The position numbers were made by a program, and so were the translations under genes. A model generated the notes under the pieces. It was not told the DNA's origin. It ran no database searches and saw nothing but the letters and a program-made list of their open reading frames with translations. A stretch of DNA of 63,436 nt, the filler included, from Octopus bimaculoides (lineage: Eukaryota), in NCBI RefSeq assembly GCF_001194135.2. It is 5 parts of 4 records of this genome, joined end to end, with 100 filler letters (N's around TTAATTAATTAA, not from the genome) between each part and the next. Parts side by side here need not be neighbours in the genome. Positions count along the whole stretch, not along the records: positions 1 to 27,805 come from NC_068984.1; 4 more parts are not named here. One strand, given 5' to 3'. Shown here in pieces: positions 1-12,387 of this stretch. The number at the start of each line of letters is the position of its first letter. Positions within the stretch are counted from its first letter, which is position 1.

Positions 1-352
1 CCCTACCTCTACCCGGAATTCATTGCTGTACTCATTTCCAACCCTCACCTTACTGGCAGCATCTCTGTACATGGCTCGCACTCCCAAGTTTCCTCATTGA
101 CCACCAGATAAGGGATCGGGGGACCCTGTCAAAGGCTTTCTCCATGTCAACGAAAGCCAGGTACAGAGGTTTATCCTTAGCTAGGTATTTCTCCCGCAAC
201 TGTCTCACTAGAAATAAGGCATCAGTAGTGCTTTTACCTGGCACGAACCCAAACTACATCTCATCTAAATTGATTCGCTCCCTAATTAGTTGGGCTATGA
301 CCTTCTCTGTAACTTTCATAACCTGATCTAACAGCTTGATGCCTCTGTAATT
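1..352 (-). mobile_element. RTE-clade LINE reverse transcriptase fragment (pseudogenised)
   Basis: Minus strand reads NYRGIKLLDQVMKV...M*FGFVPGKSTTDALF...AFVDMEKAFDRVPR...WSMRKLG, then after a break RAMYRDAASKVRVG; one premature stop. Confidence 0.9.
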
Positions 353-737
353 ATTTATATATATATATATCTTATCAACATTAACATAATTTTGACATTC
401 ATTTTTCCATGCTTGCATGAGTCAGAAGGAATGTGCCAAGGGAACATCTATGGCTGGACACTTTTCCGGTTGTTAACCGTCACCCATTTCTAAGGTAATA
501 ATTGCCCTTGGATGGGCATGTTTTCAAGGAAGACTGGAAACAAATGACATTAACTACACAGCCACACCTGCATCTGTCTAGCATTACGAATTGTCATAAC
601 TGTAACTATGGAATGATTACTGAGGAATAAATACTATCTCAAACACACACACACACACATATATATATCTTCAGTAGTTCATATATATCCGAAAGAGAAG
701 CACACTCTAAAACATTAAAGCAGGAATATATTTAGAA

Positions 738-926
738 GGTTGTTTGTTAAGGCCAGTCAGAGAGTGATTATTGGTTTCACACCTATAAAGCACTTGGCAA
801 TATAGGAGACTTGTCAGATTCAAATGGCTTAGCTGTATAGGTGAGTCTGACAAGTTACCTATGCAGCTAAACACTATATAGGTGGGAAACTAATAGTTAC
901 TATCTGACTGGTGATAACAAACAACC
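738..926. mobile_element. Fold-back (MITE-like) inverted repeat, 189 bp
   Basis: GGTTGTTTGTTA...ACACCTATA is mirrored by TATAGGTG...TAACAAACAACC; inner arms ACTTGTCAGA/TCTGACAAGT. Confidence 0.75.
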
Positions 927-937
927 ATACATACATC

Positions 938-1146
938 AGGTGCAGGAGTGGCTGTGTGGTAAGTAGCTTGCTTACGAACCACATGGTTCCAGGTTCAGTC
1001 CCACTGCATGGCATCTTGGGCAAGTGTCTTCTACTATAGCCTCAGGCCAACCAAAGCCTTGTGAGTGGATTTGGTAGACGGAAACTGAAAGAAGCCCGTC
1101 GTATATATGTATATATATGTATGTGTGTGTATATGTTTGTGTGTCT
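938..1146 (+). mobile_element. tRNA-derived SINE family A (CORE-like CACCTTGGGCAAGT motif), runs into a gap at its internal microsatellite
   Basis: A/B-box-like head GGAGTGGCTGTGTGG...GGTTCAGTCCC; about 20 related copies in the window. Confidence 0.85.
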
Positions 1147-1763
1147 NNNNNNNNNNNNNNNNNNNNNNNNNNNNNNNNNNNNNNNNNNNNNNNNNNNNNN
1201 NNNNNNNNNNNNNNNNNNNNNNNNNNNNNNNNNNNNNNNNNNNNNNNNNNNNNNNNNNNNNNNNNNNNNNNNNNNNNNNNNNNNNNNNNNNNNNNNNNNN
1301 NNNNNNNNNNNNNNNNNNNNNNNNNNNNNNNNNNNNNNNNNNNNNNNNNNNNNNNNNNNNNNNNNNNNNNNNNNNNNNNNNNNNNNNNNNNNNNNNNNNN
1401 NNNNNNNNNNNNNNNNNNNNNNNNNNNNNNNNNNNNNNNNNNNNNNNNNNNNNNNNNNNNNNNNNNNNNNNNNNNNNNNNNNNNNNNNNNNNNNNNNNNN
1501 NNNNNNNNNNNNNNNNNNNNNNNNNNNNNNNNNNNNNNNNNNNNNNNNNNNNNNNNNNNNNNNNNNNNNNNNNNNNNNNNNNNNNNNNNNNNNNNNNNNN
1601 NNNNNNNNNNNNNNNNNNNNNNNNNNNNNNNNNNNNNNNNNNNNNNNNNNNNNNNNNNNNNNNNNNNNNNNNNNNNNNNNNNNNNNNNNNNNNNNNNNNN
1701 NNNNNNNNNNNNNNNNNNNNNNNNNNNNNNNNNNNNNNNNNNNATATATATATATATATAAAG

Positions 1764-2099
1764 GGTAAAGACCCACTTTGGTCATGAATAATTATGAGAT
1801 TGCACTAAAAAGTTACGCTCTGAGGAACAAGTCCAGGTAAGGTTGTTTATGGAAGACCAGCAGTTGCCCATGCGTACCAGCCTCCCCTCTCCACACTACT
1901 GATGTTATCCAAAAGAAAGGCAAAGGCTGATACAGATTGGCACCAGTGACGTCACAAGTCAGTCCTACAGCTGAATGAACTGAAGCAATGTGAAAAAAAA
2001 AGTCTTGCTCAAGAACACAACACACAGCCCAGACTAGGAATCGAACTCATTACCTCAGGATTGTGAACTAGACGCTCAAACCACTGAGCCATGCACCTT
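1764..2099 (-). mobile_element. tRNA-derived SINE with family-D-type head and a different 3' body
   Basis: Minus strand GGTGCATGGCTCAGTGG...GAGTTCGATTCC followed by TGTGTTCTTGAGCAAGAC. Confidence 0.7.
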
Positions 2100-2206
2100 T
2101 ATATATATATATATATATAATGTACAACTGCTGTATAAAAAAAACCTTCTATAATTCATTAATAACATCATAAGTGACCAGTAATATATTATGCAACACC
2201 ACTGAC

Positions 2207-2320
2207 CTTGATAAGAGGAACTTTGGGTTTAAAATGTGATGACACTTGAGTACAAACTTCTTGTAAAAGGTTTTGATGCTTTAACTCTTTTCTCATCTTC
2301 ATAATTCTAACAATAGCAGC
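2207..2320 (-). CDS. CUL1: Cullin-1 exon [16 protein letters not shown]...FKPKVPLIK (114 nt; neddylation Lys codon at 2297-2299)
   Basis: ttgcAG acceptor, GTCAGT donor, IVRIMK Nedd8-acceptor motif. Confidence 0.96.
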
Positions 2321-3390
2321 CTGCAATTAGATAGGTAGACATTTAGTAATTTACTAATATACAACTTACACAGATACATATATATATATCATCATCATTG
2401 TTTTCAATGTCCACTTTTCCAAGCAAGCATGGATCAGACAGTATTTGTTGAGGCAGATTTTTCAAACAGTCAGAATGCTCGTCCTATCACCACCCTTCCT
2501 CCTTCCTCTACTTCCAATGGTCAGGCATATTTTCCATAGAAAACTGGAAACAAACGACATCATATGTATGGCAATGACGCTTATTTACAACCAACACACA
2601 ATGTTAAGACAAAGAGACAGTAACACACACATACCATTTTATATATATACATATATCTCACACACCATACACACATCAAAACAGAAAACTGAGAAATTTC
2701 GTATATTTTTAATTCTATGTTGTTGTTGTTGTTGGCACTCCGTCGCTTACGACGCCAAGGGTTCCAGTTGATCCGATCAACGGAACAGCCTGCTCATGAA
2801 ATTAATGTGCAAGTGGCTGAGCACTCCATAGACACGTGTACCCTTAACGTAGTTCTCAGGGATATTCAGCGTGACACAGTGACAAGGCTGACCCTTTGAA
2901 TTACAAGCACAACAGAAACAGGAAGTAAGAGTGAGAGAAAGTCGTGGCGGAAGAGTACAGCAGGGTTCGCCACCATCCCCTGCCGNNNNNNNNNNNNNNN
3001 NNNNNNNNNNNNNNNNNNNNNNNNNNNNNNNNNNNNNNNNNNNNNNNNNNNNNNNNNNNNNNNNNNNNNNNNNNNNNNNNNNNNNNNNNNNNNNNNNNNN
3101 NNNNNNNNNNNNNNNNNNNNNNNNNNNNNNNNNNNNNNNNNNNNNNNNNNNNNNNNNNNNNNNNNNNNNNNNNNNNNNNNNNNNNNNNNNNNNNNNNNNN
3201 NNNNNNNNNNNNNNNNNNNNNNNNNNNNNNNNNNNNNNNNNNNNNNNNNNNNNNNNNNNNNNNNNNNNNNNNNNNNNNNNNNNNNNNNNNNNNNNNNNNN
3301 NNNNNNNNNNNNNNNNNNNNNNNNNNNNNNNNNNNNNNNNNNNNNNNNNNNNNNNNNNNNNNNNNNNNNNNNNNNNNNNNNNNNNNNNNN

Positions 3391-3429
<39 letters not shown>

Positions 3430-4948
3430 CAACAGACTTCTTTCAGTTTCCATCTACCAAATCCACTCACAAGGTTTTGGTCAGCCTGAGGCTATAGTAG
3501 ATGATACTTGCCCAAGGTATCACACAGTGGGACTGAAACCAGAGTCATGTGGTTGGGAAGTAAGCTTCTTAACACACAGCCATGTCTTACAAACATCTTG
3601 CTATATCAACAGATGCAAACAACTAAGCACACTCTCATTCTAGATTCACAATTTAACTCATCTCATAAAATACACAACTGACACAAAACAAAGTTTTATT
3701 TTGTTTGTTTGTTTTTTAAATTTATCATCATCATTTAACATCCATCTTCCATACAGAACTAAATTCTATAAATCCTTAACTTGGAAAATTAACTGTTAAC
3801 TAAGTAATACGCCACTTCCGTTATTTATCTTAGTTACTCTAAATTAAAACCCAGTCAGCCATTTACTTCAAGTAGTTACATTAATAAAAAAAAATAGGTC
3901 ATATTTTCCTTAATAGTTAGTCTAATTAATTCATAATCCACACAAACAACTAAAACCTAATATAACAAGCAATTCTTCATAAAACACACACACACACACA
4001 CATCAGTTGAATAGTCTTTCAACAACCAGAGAATTATTAAAATCAAACAAAAATTCACTGTATATTATTGACATTCCTTGCACATATGATTGCATATGAT
4101 GGCAGTTCTTTGTGCCTGAAGATCAAGAATAAGAGCGGCAATGCTTAGATGAGGAATTGAAGCTGCAACTGCCAGTGCCATCCAGTACCAGTCATCTTCC
4201 TCTTTTCTCAATCACTACAGGGTCTTTTCTTCCAGCCTGCACTTAGTAAGTTTTAAAGTAAGAATCAGTCCATGCAATTCAATCCCACTCTTAAGACTTG
4301 GCAGGCTAAGATGGCTGCAGTGACCAGCAGACTGTAGGTTTTACATTGGCGTGGCCTTCTCCTAGATAATTTACCTTACAGGACTGGAGAGCTCCACCAA
4401 TCCTGGAGTTGCTGGAAGGGTGTCAAAGAGAATGCTGGACCAGCTAAGGGACTGCACGCCTTGATTTTTCAGTGAAAGTCAACTCCCAAAACCTTTTTCT
4501 TTCCAAAAGTACTCACAAGGCAGTCAGGGTTTGTGCTTAGAGTTTCTTGCATGCAAACAAGTTGAACTTAACACATTAATTAACACTGTTCTAGTTAAAG
4601 AACGACTATTGAAAAAAAACCAATTAACTGTTCCAAGGTTGACTGAAACCAGAAAATTAAAAAGTTTTTTTTTTTTAATCAGACCCTAATAAGCTTGCTT
4701 AAACAAAACACAATACAATTAAAACTATTGTGCATTGACTTAAGTTCTGCTGCAATACCATACCTAAATCCCTGGACAAAGCAAAATAGACTGGACAGTT
4801 AAGTGGACCACGTTGCTATAGCTAGACTAGACTTCATGCAACAGAACATTACAAGCAACATATTACTGGCCATCACTTATAATACTCAATCAGTGTCAAC
4901 CTGAGTTCATTAAGCATGTCTGAGATGGGGTGAATTAGAGTGACTCAT

Positions 4949-5335
4949 GTTGTTGTTGGCACTCCAATGCTTACAACGTCGAGTGTTGCAGTTGATCCGA
5001 TTAACGGAACAGCCTGCTCGTGAAATTAACGTGCAAGTGGCTGAGCATTCCACAGACACGTGTACCCTTAACGTAGTTCTCGGGGATATTCAGAGTGACA
5101 CAGTTTGACAAGGCTGACCCTTTGAATTACAAGCACAACAGAAACAGGAAGAAAGAGTGAGAGAAAGTTGTGGTGAAAGAGTACAGCAGGGTTCGCCACC
5201 ATCCCCTGCCGGAGCCTCGTGGAGCTTTAGGTGTTTTCGCTCAATAAACACTCCCAATGCCCAGTCTGGGAATTGAAACCGCGATCCTATGACCGTGAGT
5301 CCGCTGCCCTAACCACTGGGCCATTGCGCTTCCAC
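4949..5335 (-). mobile_element. tRNA-derived SINE family C, full length with (CAA)n tail
   Basis: 12-bp TSD AGAGTGACTCAT at 4937-4948 and 5336-5347; related copies at 2718-2985, 39462-39840, 41733-42117, 45296-45684. Confidence 0.9.
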
Positions 5336-5341
5336 AGAGTG

Positions 5342-5620
5342 ACTCATAAAAGAAAGTCAACTAGACATTAGTAACCAACTTGACTGAAATGGTTAATCGC
5401 AGTGATTCATAAACAAGCTGCCTCAAGTAGTCAAACATTAATAACCAGCCTGACTGAGCTGGGCACAACTGCTTATAAATGAAAATCAACTAGACCTTAA
5501 TAACTAATCTGACAGAGCTACTCATAAATCAGCCAGACATTGATAAGCAACATGATTGAGTTTGACTTAGCTACTCATAAATGAAAGTCAACTAGACATG
5601 GATAATCAACCTGAATGTGA
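5342..5620. repeat. Degenerate ~50-60 bp minisatellite (5 units) overlapping a CUL1 splice donor
   Basis: Unit ACTCATAAATGAAAGTCAACTAGACATTAATAACCAACCTGACTGAGCT starts near 5342, 5405, 5471, 5520 and 5573. Confidence 0.75.
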
Positions 5621-5716
5621 AGTTTTCTGTCCTCTTCAATGTTTTTATGAGTTACTTCATGCTCAACTTTCTCTTCTGTTTTCATTGGGATGTTGATATT
5701 GACTCGGAACTTTTTA
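5611..5716 (-). CDS. CUL1: Cullin-1 exon (N)[12 protein letters not shown]...[10 protein letters not shown] (106 nt)
   Basis: tttttcAG acceptor, weak GTTGAT donor, KxRVNINxPMK and IEEDRK motifs. Confidence 0.94.
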
Positions 5717-6931
5717 CTGAAAAACAAAACAAATATAAATAAAATTTGAAATTTAATATCATCAAATATCCTCTCTCTCTCTCTCTCTGTGTAAACAATA
5801 CACATGATAAATAAAGTATATATTTACACAAAACATTTAAAGAACACCAGAAATACACTAAAATAAAGAAATATTTCCTTTTGTTGACCATCAATTGTCA
5901 AAGTGGTTACTAATATGAAGGGTATCCAGATAAAGAAACCATGCCAAAGAAAAAAGCAAGGAAGAAACTAGGGACTCAGCAGGCCCCAGAGTAAGAAACC
6001 AGCAGATTAGTAACTCTGTAACAACTGACAACATAGGAGAACAGTAATTAAAGGTAAAGATACTGATATAGAATAGATAAAACTTAAGCACTGCCACAAA
6101 CATCTTATCAAGTCCTGGCAGCACAAGAAAATGCAGTTCACTCTGTATAGGTTCAACACCATCACCATCTTTTAATGTTCCCTTTTCTATACTTGCAGGA
6201 ATCCGATGGAATTTGTTGAGGCAAATTTTCTATGGTTGGATACTCATCCTGTTGCCATCCTTCTCCTGTTTCCGAGAAAGGTAATATTTCCGCCATGGCT
6301 GGACATGTTTTTCATGGAAGACTGGAAATGAGGCACTCTAATGATATGACAGCAACACTCATAACTATCTAATGACATCAAAACAAGTAGCCACAAACAC
6401 AATTATACACACACACACACACACAAACCACCCACACATATACATATATTAGACAGGTTTTCACATAGCTTTCCTCTACCAAATACACACACTAGGATTT
6501 GGTTAGTCTGGCGTTATAGTAAAAGCCACTTGCCCAAGGTGCCACACAGTGGGACAGAACCTGAAACTACATGATCGGGGAAAAAAACTTCTTAACCACA
6601 GTCATGTCAGACTGACAAAGGTTAAATAACTACATACATTATTAAATGATGATCTCAAATATACAGCAGTAACAACGAGATAGCAACATCAGTTCTCTCC
6701 CTTAAAAGATACGTTAGTAAAACGGGATACTTAGAGAAATTATAAGGTCAGCTTGACAAGGGAACGGCTGTATGGTTAGGAAGCTTGCTTTGTAACCACA
6801 TGGTTTCAGGTTCGCTCCCACTGCACAGCACCTTGGGCAAATGTTTTCTATTATAGCCTCAAAGCAATTAATGTCTTCCTTGTGAGTGAATTTCATATAG
6901 ATGGAAATTGTGTAAAAGCCCATCGCATGCG

Positions 6932-6965
<34 letters not shown>

Positions 6966-7190
6966 CTTCTACATCACTTGACAACTCGTGCTGGTTTGTT
7001 TATGTTCCTGTAACTTAGCAGTTCAGCAAAAAAGCTAAATACAACAAGTACCAGGCTAAAAAAGATACAATAAATACTGAGGTTGATTTGTTCAATTAAA
7101 ACCCTTCTAGGCAGTGGCCCCAGCTTGGCTGCAGTCCAATGACTGAAACAAGCAAAAAATAAACGATATCGTAAATGCAGATAGTCTTAC

Positions 7191-7309
7191 TTGTTATAAT
7201 TTGAATATATGCTTAATTGGGCAGTTGGCGGAAGATCATTCTCATCATCAACGTCTGTGGTGAGCAGTTTGGTTTTCAGCAGAATCTTTAATACTTGAAG
7301 AAGTGTATC
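7191..7309 (-). CDS. CUL1: Cullin-1 exon DTLLQVLKILLKTKLL...SIYSNYN (119 nt)
   Basis: ttgtttAG acceptor, GTAAGA donor, phase 2 joins the next exon (AA|T = Asn). Confidence 0.92.
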
Positions 7310-8151
7310 CTAAACAAATCGAAACAGATTTTTCAATAATGAAGAATATTATATAAATTTGAAGTGCATTAACCAGAAGACACACATGACACAATCAAAA
7401 GCAAATCTAAAAATTATAACATGAATGGTTGATCTGCTAGAAAATAACAGCAAAATTCTTTGTCATTGAACACCCCCATCATCTTAAAACTGCAACGACA
7501 AACTGGATACTCCTAAATACAATATGTCTGGAGGAAAAGGAAAAAAACTGACAACTGGGATGGTCACAGCTAGAATGCCTTTGATCATATTTCTTCTCAT
7601 ATCATTAGCCCGAGGCTAAACAACAGTGAAGAAACACCAACCAAGACCTTGCAAAATAAGATGCTTAAAAAGTTGCTATAGTACACACACATACACATTC
7701 ACACAACTCATGCCAGCATAGAAAAACTATGATGACTGCCTTCTAACTGCAAATACTTGGAGAATCGGGATTGTCATGAGAGATCAGGCACGAGATGGTG
7801 AGACACTGATGCCTTTCCCTGAAGTGAAGCTATTTGGAAACTCCAAATTCCAGTCATCAAAAACTTCCCAAACAACCACCAAAGGAGTCATTGTCCTCAT
7901 TATTATAAGCATCTGGAGCAGATAGATACTCAGTTACCTATTTATCAATATTTCTTTTCCTGCTGAGGTTAATAGGTACAGATATGGCTGTGTGGTTACA
8001 AAATCCACTTCACAACCACGTAGTTTCAGGTTCATTCTTGCTGTATGGCAAGGCTGAGAAGTGTCTTCTTCTATAGCCTTGGGATGGTCAATGCTTTGAG
8101 AGAAAAATCAATAGACAGAAACAATGCAGGTCTTCTCATGCACATGTGTGA

Positions 8152-8254
<103 letters not shown>

Positions 8255-8289
8255 TGTGTGTTACATTGCAGTGAAACATAGGCTTTGAC

Positions 8290-8897
8290 TACAGAGGACT
8301 TGTGAAGGCTTGAAAGAAATGAAGCTAGCATGCTCCACTGGATGGGTAATGTCAGTGTGCATGCACAACAGAGTATAAATGATTTAAGAAGAAAACTGGG
8401 TATAAGGGGCATCGGATGTTGTGTGCAAGAGAGAAGACTGCATTGGTTGGTCATGTGATGCATATGGATGAAGACAACAGCATAAAGAAATGCTGAGCTT
8501 TAATTGTGGACGGTACCTTTGGAAAAGATAGACCCAGGAAGACATGGGATGAAGTGGTGAGAAAAGATCTTCAGACACTGGGCCTCACTGAGGAAATAAG
8601 GGACTATAAGATGTATCAATCTAAGTAAAACTGCTGCCTTCCACACATACAGGCTTGTCCTTTCAGCTGCTGGTGCCACATAAAAAGTACACATACCAAT
8701 ACTACATAAATGCACTTGTGCTGGTGGCACATGAAAAGCACTTAGCACACACTATCAAGTCGTTGACATTAGGAAGGGCATCCAGCCATAGAAACTATAC
8801 CACAACAGACAATTAGAGTCTAGACAGCTCCATGTCAAACCGTCCAACCCATACCAGCAATTGAAAAGCAGACATTAAACAATGATTATGATGATGA
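8290..8897 (+). mobile_element. RTE LINE 3' end (ORF C-terminus plus 3'UTR, (GAT)n tail)
   Basis: Reads RNEASMLHWM...QERRLHW.GHVMHMDE...RPRKTWDEVV with stops and frameshifts, followed by the common GGAAGGGCATCCAGCC...CCAACCCAT(G)CCAGCA tail. Confidence 0.85.
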
Positions 8898-8955
8898 TAT
8901 ACGAGTGAACAAATGAAAGAAAAAGACACTCAACACATTTAGTAGGAGTTATGTG

Positions 8956-9301
8956 TATTATTATTTAAAACAGTTTGATTTGGCTCCATGTGACTTATAG
9001 GCCTCTAATAGAAACCCCATCTCTTTCAGGTTTAGTTTACCAAATGGAGGAACTCCATTAGGGTTATAGGAAAATAGACTGCTATTGGTTAAGGCAAGTC
9101 ACATGGTGTTATCAGAGTAAGACCAGTTGTTCTGATAACACCATGTGACCTGCCTTAACCAATAGTAGCCTATTTTCTGGTAGCCATCTTGGATTTCCTG
9201 TATTTCTCCATTCAGTAAACTAAGCTTGAAGGAGGGTTTCTGTTAGAAGCTCACAAAACTAAGTCACATGGAGCCAAATCAAACTGTTTTAAATAATAAT
9301 A
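8956..9301. mobile_element. Long fold-back MITE, ~345 bp
   Basis: Outer arms TATTTAAAACAGTTTGATTTGGCTCCATGTGACTTA and its exact reverse complement; inner 47-bp arms 9070-9116 and 9131-9177 around a 14-nt loop. Confidence 0.9.
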
Positions 9302-9312
9302 ATAATAATAAT

Positions 9313-9345
<33 letters not shown>

Positions 9346-9696
9346 NNNNNNNNNNNNNNNNNNNNNNNNNNNNNNNNNNNNNNNNNNNNNNNNNNNNNNN
9401 NNNNNNNNNNNNNNNNNNNNNNNNNNNNNNNNNNNNNNNNNNNNNNNNNNNNNNNNNNNNNNNNNNNNNNNNNNNNNNNNNNNNNNNNNNNNNNNNNNNN
9501 NNNNNNNNNNNNNNNNNNNNNNNNNNNNNNNNNNNNNNNNNNNNNNNNNNNNNNNNNNNNNNNNNNNNNNNNNNNNNNNNNNNNNNNNNNNNNNNNNNNN
9601 NNNNNNNNNNNNNNNNNNNNNNNNNNNNNNNNNNNNNNNNNNNNNNNNNNNNNNNNNNNNNNNNNNNNNNNNNNNNNNNNNNNNNNNNNNNNNNNN

Positions 9697-9758
<62 letters not shown>

Positions 9759-10056
9759 TATGTATATTCGTTGTTATCATCATCATAGTTTTATATCCAC
9801 TTTTCCTTGTGTGGACAGGTCCTCAATGGCATGAAACCTGTTCTACTCTTGCCCCTTCTCTCATTCTTGACATGCAGTTCTATTCAGACCGTCAAATCCT
9901 GTCAAACCATCTGATCCATGCTGGTATGGAACACGGGTATAAAATAATGACAATACAGTAAAAAGACACGATTCATTTATATCAAAAAAAAGAAAAAAGG
10001 AAAGAAAGAAGAAAATGATATCCAAAGAAAATAAGAGAGAGATCTAAATTACTGAC

Positions 10057-10149
10057 CATATCAATTTGGGTACTTTCTTGTAATTGCTGTACATCAAGCG
10101 TATCCACTGAGTTATATTGCAGAAGAACAGCCATCTGGTAAGTTGAAGC
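10057..10149 (-). CDS. CUL1: Cullin-1 exon ASTYQMAVLLQYN...STQIDM (93 nt)
   Basis: ttccAG acceptor, GTCAGT donor. Confidence 0.94.
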
Positions 10150-11257
10150 CTGGAAAAAACATATATAAAATATGAACTTCTGGCAGTGCTCATCTAGTGG
10201 ACTATTCAAGTAATTAGGTGATAAACCAGAATAAAGATAAAAATCTTTGCTGTATATCAAAAGGTTTTAAAATGAGATGTTGGCCTTCAATGATAGAGGA
10301 CTGAGACCAAAATAAGTTTATTTGATAGGCTAAAAAGCTTATCATAAGATGATAGTTTGTTCTTATCCCGCCTTGATTTAGTAGACCTAAGATCAAATAC
10401 ATTCCAGGCATGACCATCCCAGCATAGTGCACCAACGACTACATCATCTTACATTGACTTCCATTTTTAAGATAGTAGGGTTTGATTCGAAGAGAGATTT
10501 TACTGCTATTTCTAACAGGTCAAGCAACCAGACAGAGGTTCGTCCACTAGATTTGTTTAATGAAAAATAGCCATATCTAAGTCACCAACAACCTTAACCC
10601 TTTTGGTATCAACCTGCCTGAAACAACCTTTGGTTCTATGATATAAATTCTATGTTTAATATTATACAAATTAAAGGCAATGAGATGGCAAAATTGTTAG
10701 CACACCAGGCACTAGAACTCCAAACTGCAGCATTGATCTTCTATCAGTGCAGCCACAACAATCATACACTCTCCTACGATTTGCAGCTTTGGACAAACAT
10801 CACAACCCAACATCATTATCATTGTTCTTGTTAAGACGGCAAGTTGGCAGAATGGATACTGAATCAGACAAAAGATTTGTCAGAATTTTTTCTGGCATTT
10901 TACATTCTGAGTTCAAATTAGAATAAGTATCAATTAAATAATGGGTTGATGTAAACAACTTATCACTTCTAAAATTGCTGGCCTTATGCTAAAAGTAGAA
11001 TTATTATTATTGTTGCAGTTATGTTAGCAAGCTGGCAGAATCATTAGCACATAAGACAAACAGCTCAGTGGCATTTCTTCCAGCTCTTTACATTCTGAGC
11101 TCAAATCCTGCTGAAGTCAACTTCGCCTTTCATCATTTTAGAGTCAAGAAAAAGTGCTAATCAAGTAATAAATGGCTCTTTTAGAGGCTGGGGGAAAGGG
11201 TATTTTTCTCTTCAACATGAAAGTTGTTAAATACTTAATAAACATTCTTTTATTTTT

Positions 11258-11470
11258 TTTACTTGTTTCAGTCATTTGACTGTGGCCATGTTGGAGCACC
11301 TCCTTTAGTCAAGCAAATCAACCCCAAGGCTTATTCTTTGTGAGCCTAGTACTTATTCTATTGGTTCCTTTTGCCAAACCGCTAAGTTACAGGGATGTAA
11401 ACACACCAGCATCAGTTTTCACGGAATGTTGGGGGAACAAACACAGACACACAAGCATATACACACACAT

Positions 11471-11502
<32 letters not shown>

Positions 11503-11520
11503 TNNNNNNNNNNNNNNNNN

Positions 11521-11555
<35 letters not shown>

Positions 11556-11716
11556 CGGGCTTCTTACAGTTTCCGTCTACCAAATTCACTCACAAGGCTA
11601 TGGTCGGCCCGAGGCTACAGTAGAAGACATTTGCCCAAGGTGCCACGCAGTGGGACTGAACCCGGAACCATGTGGTTGGTAAGCAAGCTACTTACCACAC
11701 AGCCACTCCTACGCCT
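11258..11716 (-). mobile_element. SINE family A, near full length with internal (TA)n
   Basis: Head at 11716 on the minus strand; 3' module ...GGTGCTCCAACATGGCCACAGTCAAATGACTGAAACAAGTAAAA. Confidence 0.85.
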
Positions 11717-11822
11717 ATGCATCAATTGTTCAATTGATGATGGTGACTTAAACGTGGCTATTTTTCATTAGCATCACTTGTTCAAACAAGAATAAGGTAC
11801 AAAACATTTTTGTTTTGATTAA

Positions 11823-12197
11823 CCTTTTAGCTTTTAAACTGGCCATATCCAGCTAAAATATTCTACCCATTTCATGTACAAACCAGCCAGCAACCATTCT
11901 TAAAATTAACTGTTACATCATCAAAATCTCAACACTACAAGATAATGCATGATTAATTCAAAACAACATGATTAAATAAGCATTACGTTTTACAAAAAAG
12001 GCAGCAAGCTGGCAGAATTGTTGGCATACCGAACAAAATGCTTAGCAGTATTTTGTCTGTCTTTCAGGGTTGATAAAATATTTGCCAGTTGAACACTGGA
12101 GTCAACGTAATCAACTTAATCCCTTCCCTGAAATTGCTGGCCTTGTGCCAAAATTTGAAATTATTACTTTTTACAGAATAAAGTGAATGCTAAAGGG
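11823..12197. mobile_element. TTAA-flanked (piggyBac-like) MITE with a nested family B SINE
   Basis: TTAA|CCTTTTAGC ... GCTAAAGGG|TTAA; SINE-B at about 11998-12165 inside. Confidence 0.75.
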
Positions 12198-12258
12198 TTA
12201 ATCTAAAAATGCTAAGGAAAACAATATACGAATTTATAAAAAAAAACATGTAGCTTAC

Positions 12259-12387
12259 CTGGAGAATGTACTTCTTTTTTAAATTAGCAGTCAAATCACC
12301 TTTAGACATGTGATAGACCCAGTTTAATTTGCGACCACTGTACTGACCACTATAGAAAGATGTGAATCTTTGGAACGTCTTTTCTAA
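12259..12387 (-). CDS. CUL1: Cullin-1 exon LEKTFQRFTSFYSGQYSGRKLNW...KYILQ (129 nt)
   Basis: tcctcacAG acceptor, GTAAGC donor, SGRKLxW motif. Confidence 0.95.

Noticed and set aside
353-2206. Final CUL1 exon (KCIDILIEKEYL...)
   Set aside because: Not found in the readable sequence; must lie in the gap at 1147-1743 or left of the window
1042-3497. Long ORFs in the supplied track (here and at 9268, 30594, 33147, 35078, 36591, 51479, 62982)
   Set aside because: They run through N gaps (poly-X) and microsatellites; not coding evidence
4130-4560. RTE-like UTR remnant with possible HDV-like ribozyme (minus strand)
   Set aside because: Too decayed to assign a fold or family with confidence
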